DNA of 64,000 bases from positions 1-64,000 of IMG/VR virus record IMGVR_UViG_3300037067_006336. One strand, given 5' to 3'. The stretch comes from a virus. Taxonomy: Duplodnaviria; Caudoviricetes. This document shows, in pieces, positions 37,010 through 46,844 of the stretch; position 1 is the first letter of the stretch, and every line of letters begins with the position of its first letter. The notes beneath the pieces are model-generated. The model searched no databases. It saw nothing but the letters and a program-made list of their open reading frames with translations, and was not told the origin of the DNA. The translations under genes and the position numbers were made by a program.

Positions 37010-39712
37010 TTACCTTATACTGTTCCCGTTACCGTCGGCTACCATGACCTTCAACCTTCCTGCAAGCTTGCTGTTTATGGCTTGCAACTGCTCAACAAGA
37101 GATGTGAATTCCCCTTGTTGCGGGGCTTGTGCAGGCGTATTATTGGCTATTTTAGCAGGTGACGTACCGCTTGATAAAACGGGGGTGTAAGATGTTTCAC
37201 CCTGCTTTCCCTCCTCCTTCTCGATAGCCTTCGTGTTACCGTTCATAGCGTCGATCAACTGGCGTAACTTGTCTATCAACTCCTGCAAGTTTTTGTTGCT
37301 TTCCTTGTCCGCCATTAGTTTTAACGACCTCTCGAGTGCCATCATCTTGTTCAGGTCTATGGTGTTAACAGCCCCAGCTACCATCCTCATGTTGGTGGCC
37401 ATCAAGGTCATGTTGGCATGTATTATCGCCCACCTTCCTGGGTCAGCCATCTTGTCAAGGAACGAACCTATACCATCACCCGCCTGGGTCTGGGAGAAGT
37501 TAACCCTTGATAGTTTCTCCAGCACTGATGCAACAGGTAACAGCAAGGCAGCCTTGGCAGCCACCTTCGTGAGTTGTACGAAACCTAGTGAATCTATACC
37601 CTCTATCACTTTCGTTATCGATGTAACAAGGTTGTTAGCCCCGGCAGGGTCATACTTCATGGTGCTTATCTTGTTAACGGATGTTGCCACCCCTTGTATT
37701 ATCTTCATCACGACCCATGTCAGTGTTGCCCCGGGTATGGCCAGTACGGCTATGGGTAACATGGTTGCCATGGTGGGTATCAACAACCACAGGCACGGTA
37801 TCAAACCACCTGTATCATAAGGACCCATTGCTGTTATACCTGCCATGATACCTGCCACGGCTAGTGTCAATAACATTGTTGATAGTATCAGTGCGGATGC
37901 GACAAGTGCTAATACCGCCGGTGCAGCCAGGAGAGCGAGTGTCACGAACGTGATCGACAATGCCCCGAGGAACGTCATCAAGTTACCCATGTTTATCTCT
38001 AATCCTGATATCATCGAGAATGCCTTTGATACCAGTATCAATCCTAAACCGGTTAACACGAGAGCCCCTGATATCATGAGCAGTGTCATCGCTCCTATTT
38101 TTGCCATCGCCGCTATTGGTGGTGCTCCTAGAACAGTGGCTATCAATGCCATACCCACTATGACTGCCCCAAGCATGGCTAGGTCACCCCACGTGATACC
38201 AGCCTTCTTGAACAACCACAACGCTCCGACCATCACGATCATAGACACGGATAACTTTATAAGGTCGTTACCTATCTTCCCGCTACCACCTACCTTCGAC
38301 GCGAACGTCATCACCAGTACTACCCCGGCTATGAATGCTAGCATCTTGAAGACAGAATCCCACGGGATGTATGCCATTGCCAGCATGGCTAGGGTTAGTA
38401 TGCCTATACCGAGGGCGAAACCTGGTAACCCCTTGGTAGCCCCTGATCCACCCCCGAACTTGTCGAGTAGTATCATCATCCCGGCTACAGCACCCATGAA
38501 AACGACCATCTTGAAGACGGTTTCCCACTGGATGTATGCCATCGCTAGCATCGCGAGCGTGAGTATGCCTATACCGAGGGCAAAACCTGGTAAACCTTTC
38601 GTCATCCCCTTGCCACCGGTGAATTTATCGAGTAGTATCATTATACCGGCCACTGCAGCCATGAACACCACCATCTTCATGACGGATTCCCATTGAACCA
38701 CGTTCATGACAACCAGCGCCAGGGTTAGTATACCTATACCACCGGCAAATGAAACCATGCCTTTCGGGAGGTCGTTCTTTTTCTTCCCTGCCAGGAACAT
38801 GTACATCATCCCGAGGAACACACCCATTTTCAACAGTGATCCCCACTCCACGAAGGACATTGCTACCAGTGATAAGGTGAGTATACCTATGCCACCAGCG
38901 AATTCAAGCATATTGTCAGGTAATGTTTTCTTGTCCAGTACTTTAGCCATACCCCATGTGAATCCTACCACTAGTGCCAGTGATAACGCTAGCGTGGGGA
39001 TCATGGCAGCTAACCCCATCACGACAAGTGCGCCAGCAAGCATGAGCATGCTGATGGATATAGACCTCATGGGTTTATCGATCTTCTCGATGTTCTTGAC
39101 GAGTGAATCCATTGCGGTGGTGAACGGTTTTACTTTCTTCTCGTCTATCTCCAGTAACTTGTGAAGTACCCTGGTTAATGTTTCTATCTTCCTGAAGAAG
39201 GGTTTCTTCAATTTAGAATCAAGATCCATCACTGCCTTGGATATACCGAGTATATCGAGTACCTTCATCTTGTCCTTACCACCGGAATCACCTTTGGCAG
39301 CACCTTCTTTCCCTGACTTATCGAACATACCGGCGTTAACCTTTATATCGATAAGTTTCGGTATGTCTAACCCTATCTTATCATTGCCTTTTTTATTCTC
39401 CATTATACCCATCATCCTGGCATCGTTCTCGTACTGGTGTGAGAACCATGATGCCAGTATGGTTGAAATCCTGTCTAGTGTCACCTGTGACTTGGACTTC
39501 GCAACTATCAATGAATTGAAACCAGCCGTTATGATGGTTGTCATGGGCTTGGCTAGTATGTCTGATTCCTTCCTGGCGTAGTACTTCAAAGAGTTGAGTA
39601 TCTTGTTTCCAGCATCAGTACCGGCCGCTATGTTGGCAAGCATGACTTCAACTGGAGCTAGACCCATCTCGATCTGCGTGGATGGCGAGTTCTTTTCCCT
39701 GGTTTGCTTCAT
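37010..39712 (-). CDS. Tape measure protein
   Basis: 900 aa; ~50-55-aa hydrophobic repeats (GIGILTL...W...KM); downstream of tube/hub genes. Confidence 0.7.
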   Translation of the reverse strand: MKQTREKNSPSTQIEMGLAPVEVMLANIAAGTDAGNKILNSLKYYARKESDILAKPMTTIITAGFNSLIVAKSKSQVTLDRISTILASWFSHQYENDARMMGIMENKKGNDKIGLDIPKLIDIKVNAGMFDKSGKEGAAKGDSGGKDKMKVLDILGISKAVMDLDSKLKKPFFRKIETLTRVLHKLLEIDEKKVKPFTTAMDSLVKNIEKIDKPMRSISISMLMLAGALVVMGLAAMIPTLALSLALVVGFTWGMAKVLDKKTLPDNMLEFAGGIGILTLSLVAMSFVEWGSLLKMGVFLGMMYMFLAGKKKNDLPKGMVSFAGGIGILTLALVVMNVVQWESVMKMVVFMAAVAGIMILLDKFTGGKGMTKGLPGFALGIGILTLAMLAMAYIQWETVFKMVVFMGAVAGMMILLDKFGGGSGATKGLPGFALGIGILTLAMLAMAYIPWDSVFKMLAFIAGVVLVMTFASKVGGSGKIGNDLIKLSVSMIVMVGALWLFKKAGITWGDLAMLGAVIVGMALIATVLGAPPIAAMAKIGAMTLLMISGALVLTGLGLILVSKAFSMISGLEINMGNLMTFLGALSITFVTLALLAAPAVLALVASALILSTMLLTLAVAGIMAGITAMGPYDTGGLIPCLWLLIPTMATMLPIAVLAIPGATLTWVVMKIIQGVATSVNKISTMKYDPAGANNLVTSITKVIEGIDSLGFVQLTKVAAKAALLLPVASVLEKLSRVNFSQTQAGDGIGSFLDKMADPGRWAIIHANMTLMATNMRMVAGAVNTIDLNKMMALERSLKLMADKESNKNLQELIDKLRQLIDAMNGNTKAIEKEEGKQGETSYTPVLSSGTSPAKIANNTPAQAPQQGEFTSLVEQLQAINSKLAGRLKVMVADGNGNSIR

Positions 39713-39724
39713 GTTGTTATTTCA

Positions 39725-40036
39725 TCAAACCTTTAGTAACGTTGTTGACAGGTTGTTTATAATCCCCTTGGTGACGGTTGATATCTCGGATAGGTCCAGT
39801 AACGTGTACTTCTTACCGGCGGAGTATGCCGTGTACTCCATGGTTACAGGGTTGTACGTTACCATGATGATCTTCTGGGCGGTTCCCCGCTTTCCGCTCA
39901 CCATCACGGTCACGGTACCCACCTCGTCTGATTCCGTGTTTATCAATATACTTACACCACGTTTTACCTGGCTTCTAGTAACCTTGTCAAGCGCTAGCCT
40001 CAAGGTCGTGTTACTGGTTATGTTCTCTATGATCAT
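39725..40036 (-). CDS. Hypothetical protein
   Basis: 103-aa ORF. Confidence 0.65.
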   Translation of the reverse strand: MIIENITSNTTLRLALDKVTRSQVKRGVSILINTESDEVGTVTVMVSGKRGTAQKIIMVTYNPVTMEYTAYSAGKKYTLLDLSEISTVTKGIINNLSTTLLKV

Positions 40037-40122
40037 GACTGGTTCTTAGCTGGTTCAAAGGCGAATGGTATATCGAATAAGTGATATCTCGCCACGTATT
40101 TACACGATCGGTGAACCGTCGT

Positions 40123-40446
40123 TTAAAATTTAACCCTCGGTGCATTACCAACCCTGGCTTGTCTCATCATGCTGTTGGCGTGATTTTTAGATGCGGCCAT
40201 CATGTCATCCGCTGACTGGTTGTTACCTCCACCGTTCTGCTTGGCTCCCTCCTCCGTTATCTTCATGTAGTGTTCTTTCATCCTCGACAACCTCCAGAAC
40301 TCGATATTCTCCAGTTCCGGTATGCTGTTGTTAGATTTCATTGACAGGTACATCAACTCCTTGTCGTACTCTTCAAGGTTGATGGTTGAATTCATGTAGA
40401 AGTAACGGTAGAACTCTATGTCGATACCGAGTGCTACTTCTATCAT
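40123..40446 (-). CDS. Baseplate hub assembly chaperone-like protein (gp51-like)
   Basis: SIPELENIEFW pattern; follows the gp26-like gene. Confidence 0.45.
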   Translation of the reverse strand: MIEVALGIDIEFYRYFYMNSTINLEEYDKELMYLSMKSNNSIPELENIEFWRLSRMKEHYMKITEEGAKQNGGGNNQSADDMMAASKNHANSMMRQARVGNAPRVKF

Positions 40447-40477
40447 GTCATTAACTACGTCCCTTGGTGTACATGTA

Positions 40478-41473
40478 TCAAGCAGTAAAAGATTTTTTAG
40501 TAGTGGTGATGAAGAACTTGTCCCAACCAGGAAATTTCACGCGGCTTTCCCCCTCGGTACCGCATCCATCAACGTGACATTTATACGTTATTGTTTCATG
40601 ATTATCAAGTTTCAACCCCGATATAATCGTGAGGTAAGCATCATATAACTTGTCGTTATCCTTTATCTTGTTGAACTTTACAGCTATTTCCTTGACTGTT
40701 TCATCTCCGGTCTCGTAAAGGAATGATGCAACTGTCAGGAACTTCTTGTCGAATATGGCGTTCATGATGATCTTGTCCTTTATTTCCTTGTCGGTACCCA
40801 TGTTGTTCTTCGCGTTGATGATGTAGGTCATCAAGCGTGACTCTATATCAAGGGTTGGCACGTGTACGGTTATTACCTCTCCCCCGATATCCTGGAACCA
40901 TGACGAATCGAACGTGAATACCCTTCCGTCGTATGCAGAAACAAGATCATCACTCATCATGTTAAACCTTAGCGAATACGGGGTTAACATGACTTCTTGT
41001 TGCTCGTGACACGTAGGGCACATCTCGATGTTCTTTAATTTATTACCATCACCCGTGATGTACAAATCACGCAATAGTAACATGAAGAACGTCTTATGAC
41101 CAGGATTTATCTGTGATGATGATATTACCCTGTTGTTATCCAGGTCAACTATCTTTATACATTTACGTATAAGATCCCCTATGGCGATCACCATCCCAAG
41201 GTGGTCATCAGGGTGTATCGTGGACAGGTTGGCCACCTCGTTGGCAAGAGGTTTCCTTGCGGCGAACTTCCACGATACGGGGTAACACCTTGTGTCGAAC
41301 GGGAAACGTAGCAATGGCGTGTAAGCATCAAGTATGTTAGCGTGTTCTTGTTCCCTCGTTTGTACCCTGGCTTGTTGGTCATTAATGGTTTGATCTATTG
41401 GTTTCAACCCGTTCTTGGCCTCGTTCTCAAGCTCCTCTAACTTGTCTAGTTTCGATTTCTTATCGTTTGACAT
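40478..41473 (-). CDS. Baseplate hub subunit (gp26-like)
   Basis: LLLRD, CPTC, VPT, C-terminal C...CG. Confidence 0.6.
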   Translation of the reverse strand: MSNDKKSKLDKLEELENEAKNGLKPIDQTINDQQARVQTREQEHANILDAYTPLLRFPFDTRCYPVSWKFAARKPLANEVANLSTIHPDDHLGMVIAIGDLIRKCIKIVDLDNNRVISSSQINPGHKTFFMLLLRDLYITGDGNKLKNIEMCPTCHEQQEVMLTPYSLRFNMMSDDLVSAYDGRVFTFDSSWFQDIGGEVITVHVPTLDIESRLMTYIINAKNNMGTDKEIKDKIIMNAIFDKKFLTVASFLYETGDETVKEIAVKFNKIKDNDKLYDAYLTIISGLKLDNHETITYKCHVDGCGTEGESRVKFPGWDKFFITTTKKSFTA

Positions 41474-41518
41474 GATCTGTATTATTAATGATGATGATGT
41501 GAAAATATATTATGTTAT

Positions 41519-41917
41519 TTACACCTGTGCATCCCCTGCCTTGTTGAATAGTTCCCTGAAGTATTCTACCTCGCTAGCCTGTATCCTCTCCTCCCTATCT
41601 GCTTTCTCCTCTGCTTTCAACAACGCGAGTTGATCCGGTGTCAACCTTTCCATCCTGGAAGTATCTACCTTGAAATCCTTGAAAATCCTGGAGTAATCAA
41701 TTGACCCTGTTCCAGGTTGCCTAAGGTACATCCCCGGGGTGTTGTTCTTGTCGTATATGTTAACCTTACCTGTCTCCAGGATGGTTAGAACCTTGACTAT
41801 TTCATCACCGTAAGTTGTTACATGCAGGTGATGCAACGGCACGGGAACGGGAGAAACTACCTTATCGACCCTTTCTCCCGTTCCCGTGTTCTTGTTCCTG
41901 TCACGTTTTACCAGCAT
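41519..41917 (-). CDS. Hypothetical protein
   Basis: 132-aa ORF. Confidence 0.65.
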   Translation of the reverse strand: MLVKRDRNKNTGTGERVDKVVSPVPVPLHHLHVTTYGDEIVKVLTILETGKVNIYDKNNTPGMYLRQPGTGSIDYSRIFKDFKVDTSRMERLTPDQLALLKAEEKADREERIQASEVEYFRELFNKAGDAQV

Positions 41918-41920
41918 TGT

Positions 41921-42508
41921 TTACGAGGATAACCTTGGATCGTTGGTCACGTCTGAAACCCATGAAGAATCGAACGTGCATGTCAACTCCTGCATGTCAT
42001 GCGAGCTGTAATCAGCCGGTTGGTCGTTTATGTCCGACATGGGGAACAACTGGTGGGCCATCCTGCGCCAAAATATCGTGTTGTCACGATTATACTTCTC
42101 GACAACCAGGGCAGCGTCAGCGTAATCTTTCTTCAACGTTTTCTCCCCTGTTAGCGGGTTATGTTTGAACCTTGACCATTTCAACAACGCGTTCAATACG
42201 AATGCCCTGGAGTTATCGTCAAGGAAGTTGAAGAACTGGACCTCGATATCGTAGAAGGTTTCCTTCTCGTTTGAATCGTAACGGAACTTGACTGTCTTGA
42301 AACCCGCCTCTATAGTGTTGGCAGCTTTCTCGACGAACAAGCCGTTAACCGATTTAACGTACTCCCTCAGGAACGAGTAATCACCGAGGGCATCTTTCAA
42401 GTTACCCATCAACACGAAATGGGCGTTGAAGTTACTCGCCACTACCGGTTCGTCCTTGCGAACGGCAGAGGTGGAGTTTGTGGCGTGTGGCAAATATGAA
42501 CTAGGCAT
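41921..42508 (-). CDS. gp19: Tail tube protein (gp19-like)
   Basis: LPH..NS...EPV..NF, NPLTG..LKKDY, YNR, LTCTF. Confidence 0.8.
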   Translation of the reverse strand: MPSSYLPHATNSTSAVRKDEPVVASNFNAHFVLMGNLKDALGDYSFLREYVKSVNGLFVEKAANTIEAGFKTVKFRYDSNEKETFYDIEVQFFNFLDDNSRAFVLNALLKWSRFKHNPLTGEKTLKKDYADAALVVEKYNRDNTIFWRRMAHQLFPMSDINDQPADYSSHDMQELTCTFDSSWVSDVTNDPRLSS

Positions 42509-42555
42509 GGTTTCCTTTGTTTTTCAATGTTATTTTCTATGTTATTTACACCTGG

Positions 42556-43710
42556 TCAACAAGACCCCTTGTATTTGTTTACCTTCTTCATCTCCAGTAG
42601 TGTTTTCTCGGCACCACTGATGACTTCCTTGGCCTTCGTCACGTGCAGGTTCAAGAGTTTCCGTATCGCTATGTTGGTGTTGAAAGCCTGGTCACAAGAT
42701 TTCATGATATGGATCAAGTCATTCATCGAACGAACATCAACATTATCGATGTAACACTCCACCTTGTTGAAATCAACCACGGGCATCATGTCAGTATCCT
42801 GGTAGCATACTTTAGATGCAGCCCTAGATGAATGCAACTTACCGACAAGCTTCTCATACGTATCGATATACTCGTTGTAAACTTCCCTGTTCATGAACGA
42901 CATGATATCCTTCTTGGAATCGATGTACGTCCTTATCAAGACGGCACAATCGAACACAAGTGTTTGTATGTCCGGTATTAATGTCTTCAACACGTCATGA
43001 TGGCGGTACATTGTCTCGATACCTGAACCCCTCATGACTTTCCGCAATAATTTCAAGTGGAATTCATCATCAACCGAGTACGTGTTGGACTTCAATGACA
43101 TTGATTCGGCCTCTTGTTCCATGTACTGCTTGATGGTGGCGTAAGCGTTATCAAGGTGGTAATTGCTACCCCAGCGCTTGTTGTTCTTAGATAACACGTT
43201 AGCTAGCGATGAATACAATGCTGATTTCTCCTTGCACAACTCGATCTCCTCGTTACGTGAATTAGATGAAACGAAAGGCAGACGTTTGAAATTAACTGCG
43301 TCAGGTGTTACAAGGCCTGAAGACTCGAACATCTTTGTCATCGAGTGACCGCTTAACACCGCTAGTGTTGACACGCAACCAAGTACATCCATGGTACCGG
43401 CATTCTCGAACAACGAGGTTAGTTTGGATAACTCGTTGACGTATTTCACCGGGCTTAATTTCATGGCATCCGATTGTAATGCCTTCGATAGATATTCTAC
43501 TTGCTTGTAGAAATCCGTTTTCTTGAAGCTATCATCAGCGAACATCATCTCGTTCATCGACTCGTAAACTTTCGTAAGGTTACCACCGTGTACCAGGGCT
43601 TGTTTCCTGAACATACTTTCCACTTGTTCCCGTGGTAACCCTGAACGGGAGGTCATCTCGTTGATGACCTCGTCCGCCGGGTTCATGGTGTTTATATCTG
43701 ATAGTTTCAT
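42556..43710 (-). CDS. Probable virion (head) protein
   Basis: 384 aa; VYES/LFEN/MFES motifs. Confidence 0.55.
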   Translation of the reverse strand: MKLSDINTMNPADEVINEMTSRSGLPREQVESMFRKQALVHGGNLTKVYESMNEMMFADDSFKKTDFYKQVEYLSKALQSDAMKLSPVKYVNELSKLTSLFENAGTMDVLGCVSTLAVLSGHSMTKMFESSGLVTPDAVNFKRLPFVSSNSRNEEIELCKEKSALYSSLANVLSKNNKRWGSNYHLDNAYATIKQYMEQEAESMSLKSNTYSVDDEFHLKLLRKVMRGSGIETMYRHHDVLKTLIPDIQTLVFDCAVLIRTYIDSKKDIMSFMNREVYNEYIDTYEKLVGKLHSSRAASKVCYQDTDMMPVVDFNKVECYIDNVDVRSMNDLIHIMKSCDQAFNTNIAIRKLLNLHVTKAKEVISGAEKTLLEMKKVNKYKGSC

Positions 43711-43713
43711 ATG

Positions 43714-46029
43714 TTAGTCGATTTTCAAGTCGAATATGATTTTCTCCAGCGAGTTCGATGGAGTATACTCTATATGTACTACTTTCATCTTCGCGTTGGC
43801 GATTTCCTTCGTGTTGTTGTTGGCATCGCACTGGACGACGAAATTAGCTTTGATTGCCCCGGCGAGTGTCAACGCTTGTATGAAGTTCTTTGATTGCGTT
43901 TCAAGCCTGAGGTAATCATCGTAGTTATCTGTCTTGAATGAATCCTTCTTACCCAGCGTGTACAGGTTCTCCTTGATGTAAGCGAGTAATTCTGAATTCT
44001 GTATCTGAGATTGTTTCGATGTTGCTTTCTGGGATGTAAGGTTGGAGAATATCGTATAAGCACCATCAAGTTCAATGATAGCGTTGTACCTGAACTTCTC
44101 CGTGTACTCCCGCTCGTCGTCACTTATCAATGTTTCCAGTGCCACGATACCATCGATGTAACCTGTCTCGTTAGCAATTATATCATACGCGTATTTCTTC
44201 CCGTAGAACAGGTTAGATACAAGACCCGCGACAGGTCGTGTCGTTGACGTGTTAATCACGTTCCCGGGACCGAACGAGAACGCCATCGAGGAACCGGTGA
44301 TGAACTTGGTCAATAACTTGCTAGAGTAAGTCTTGTTGCCACCTTCAGGCAGGTAAGACCAATCGAAGGTGTACCTTGCCCCGGGCATCTGTTTGAACAT
44401 CGGGTTGGTTGAATCAACCATGTCCTCGTAAAATGGCTCGTTGTAAATCACCCTCAAGAACCTGTTAGAAATGTCCAGGGTGTTAACCAACGTGCCGTAC
44501 TGGTGCTTGTAACCTGGTTCAACGAATGATTTGAAAGCATCAACGATGTAACGTAACCCTTTCGTGTTCTTTATACCCTTGATTATACCAGGGTTGTTCA
44601 TCATGTCCAGTATGTCGTTCTGCCTTGACGCGCTACCGTTGGTGAACTGCGCGATCCTAGGCTTGTAACTAGTTATGTTGAAAGGTTTCACGCTGCATGA
44701 ATCAACCCAGTACACTACCCTGGTTACAGTGGTGTTAGTGCTGGTGTAAAGCAGTTGACCGGAACACGTGATCTTCACCTTGGTGTAAGTATCGGTTGAA
44801 ACTCCTATGATGGCAGCCTCGTCCAGTACCTCTATGCCTGTTACCTCCACTATCGTGTCATTAACCCCCCGGAACTTGTCACCTACTCGTATCCCCTGCT
44901 CGAACGATCCCTCGAACTGGGTCTCGTTAACCTTCACGCACTTGTAAGATACCAGGTTGATACTGGGGGATGGTGAGACATTCTCGGCTTTAGCCGTGAG
45001 AGGGTACACCGTGGTGGCGGTTGTAAGCGCGGTCGGTGTAACGTGTGATAACATGTAATCAGACGTGGCAACAATTCTTGCTCCAGCTCCATCGAAATAG
45101 GTTTTCCCGTTCATGTCGATTAGCGTTGTATCAACTGATTCAAACAAGTCATCGTTGATGAAACAAATCATACCTGATTTAATGTAATCAGAGTTCATGA
45201 TAACGTCTATGGATAGATCACTGTCCGTTTCTGATTTAAGGTTAGGTATGATCGAACCGGTGTACTTCTTGATGAAACCTGCTTCCGCAACTTCGGTTAG
45301 CGCGTCCAGGTCATCCAGGGAAACGTTACCGTCCTCGTCGAAGTACTGCCCGTAATACTGGTTCGTAGAAACAGTTGCCGGGTTGAACGTGTTAGCGAAC
45401 ACGTACACATCAACGAACGTGTCCTTCACGATCATGTTCGGGTCAATTACCGGGTACTCGTCAATCTCTAGGACGGTCCCTGATATCGTTGCATCACCCT
45501 CACCCGTTAAATTGGTTATTGACCTAGCCTTGGTGACGATGACCGATGTGTCGAATATCCCTACCGAACCGAATGTAAGGAACGCGTCAGACGTTAGTAA
45601 TGACGGTATGTTTTTCGGTTTAGGAGACCAGAAACTATCTATGTTGAACAGTGCCGTGTAAGGGCAACTATCGAGTGATTCATCGTTTATGTTGGGGTTC
45701 AGCCCTAGCACGGTACTGATATCACTATCCTCGAAAGCCCTCAAGTTTATGACAGCTAGCGGTCCACCCTGCAAGGCATCAACACACGTGGAAATCGAGA
45801 AGTTGCCACGTTTCTCCATCAACCTCGTGCCCTTTCCGAATATAGAGTAGAAACCAGCGGTATCACCCTTGGCGAATTTCAACAGGACGTTGACAGGTCC
45901 CTTGTCGACGTTTATGAATATCAACCTCATCTTGTTCTCGCTCTCGATAGGTGCTACCTGCGAGGCATCTGTCACGATGAAGTACACACCGGCAGCCTTA
46001 GATGCTACCTGCAAGAATTTTATTTCCAT
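43714..46029 (-). CDS. gp18: Tail sheath protein (gp18-like)
   Basis: AGVY..TD.S N-terminus; VQCDANNNT.EI...IEYTP C-terminus. Confidence 0.9.
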   Translation of the reverse strand: MEIKFLQVASKAAGVYFIVTDASQVAPIESENKMRLIFINVDKGPVNVLLKFAKGDTAGFYSIFGKGTRLMEKRGNFSISTCVDALQGGPLAVINLRAFEDSDISTVLGLNPNINDESLDSCPYTALFNIDSFWSPKPKNIPSLLTSDAFLTFGSVGIFDTSVIVTKARSITNLTGEGDATISGTVLEIDEYPVIDPNMIVKDTFVDVYVFANTFNPATVSTNQYYGQYFDEDGNVSLDDLDALTEVAEAGFIKKYTGSIIPNLKSETDSDLSIDVIMNSDYIKSGMICFINDDLFESVDTTLIDMNGKTYFDGAGARIVATSDYMLSHVTPTALTTATTVYPLTAKAENVSPSPSINLVSYKCVKVNETQFEGSFEQGIRVGDKFRGVNDTIVEVTGIEVLDEAAIIGVSTDTYTKVKITCSGQLLYTSTNTTVTRVVYWVDSCSVKPFNITSYKPRIAQFTNGSASRQNDILDMMNNPGIIKGIKNTKGLRYIVDAFKSFVEPGYKHQYGTLVNTLDISNRFLRVIYNEPFYEDMVDSTNPMFKQMPGARYTFDWSYLPEGGNKTYSSKLLTKFITGSSMAFSFGPGNVINTSTTRPVAGLVSNLFYGKKYAYDIIANETGYIDGIVALETLISDDEREYTEKFRYNAIIELDGAYTIFSNLTSQKATSKQSQIQNSELLAYIKENLYTLGKKDSFKTDNYDDYLRLETQSKNFIQALTLAGAIKANFVVQCDANNNTKEIANAKMKVVHIEYTPSNSLEKIIFDLKID

Positions 46030-46059
46030 GTTTTTGACTTTTAAGCATTTTCATCAATG

Positions 46060-46067
46060 TATTTATA
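46060..46067 (-). promoter_or_regulatory. T4-type late promoter TATAAATA
   Basis: Exact T4 late consensus ~30 nt upstream of the sheath ATG. Confidence 0.65.
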
Positions 46068-46839
46068 CGCTATCGTTTTTGCCCCTGGCAGCCTTTTCGG
46101 CCGCCCGTTTCTCCAGTATGGTTTTCAAGAATTCCTTACCGCTGCGGTACGTTCCCCCGGTATCACCGGTTATCTCCGATGTATCGGGTAACTCCCCGCC
46201 ATTGCCGTTCAATTCCTGGTCACACAGTATGTCGGTCTTCATCTTCTTCAGTGTCGATGGAATGTTCCTGTATGTTTCTTTCAACTCGCGCACCAGCTTG
46301 AAATGCTGTGACACGAGGTTATTATAGGTTTGTATTATCGCGTAATCCTCGCCCATCGTGGCATTTATACGTTCTAATATGTTGTTTAATACCATCTTGT
46401 TCATCTCCTCGAGTTGCAGTAGGTCGCTCAAGTGTCTCATCTGCAATGCCCCGATCTGCCGGATGTACGTTTCCTGGGGTTTTGATAACTCCCCACCCTT
46501 CATCGACAGTATGAAGGTAACTATCTTGGACACGATGCTCTTTGCTTGTTTCGTGTACCTCTCCTCGATCTTACCAACCTCTATCTTGGAGAATTCAGCA
46601 ACAACTAGCGAGGTGTTCCTGTCCCTTGTCTCGTAAGGTGTGAGCGCCAGCACTTCGTTGAATGACTCTACATCATCGATGTCATCGAACGGGTTTAACT
46701 CGTCGTCATCCTTCATAACCTCCGCGTCCTGGGAATCCATCCCGGGATGACTGCCCTTGTCCTCGAAATTCCTCTCCAGGTTATCCCAGTCGTCAGGGTT
46801 ATCGTTTCCCTTGTTCTTATCTTTTTTATTATCACCCAT
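46063..46839 (-). CDS. Possible terminase small subunit
   Basis: Position between the gp14-like and sheath genes; acidic N-terminus, helical core. Confidence 0.35.
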   Translation of the reverse strand: MGDNKKDKNKGNDNPDDWDNLERNFEDKGSHPGMDSQDAEVMKDDDELNPFDDIDDVESFNEVLALTPYETRDRNTSLVVAEFSKIEVGKIEERYTKQAKSIVSKIVTFILSMKGGELSKPQETYIRQIGALQMRHLSDLLQLEEMNKMVLNNILERINATMGEDYAIIQTYNNLVSQHFKLVRELKETYRNIPSTLKKMKTDILCDQELNGNGGELPDTSEITGDTGGTYRSGKEFLKTILEKRAAEKAARGKNDSV

Positions 46840-46844
46840 GATTA

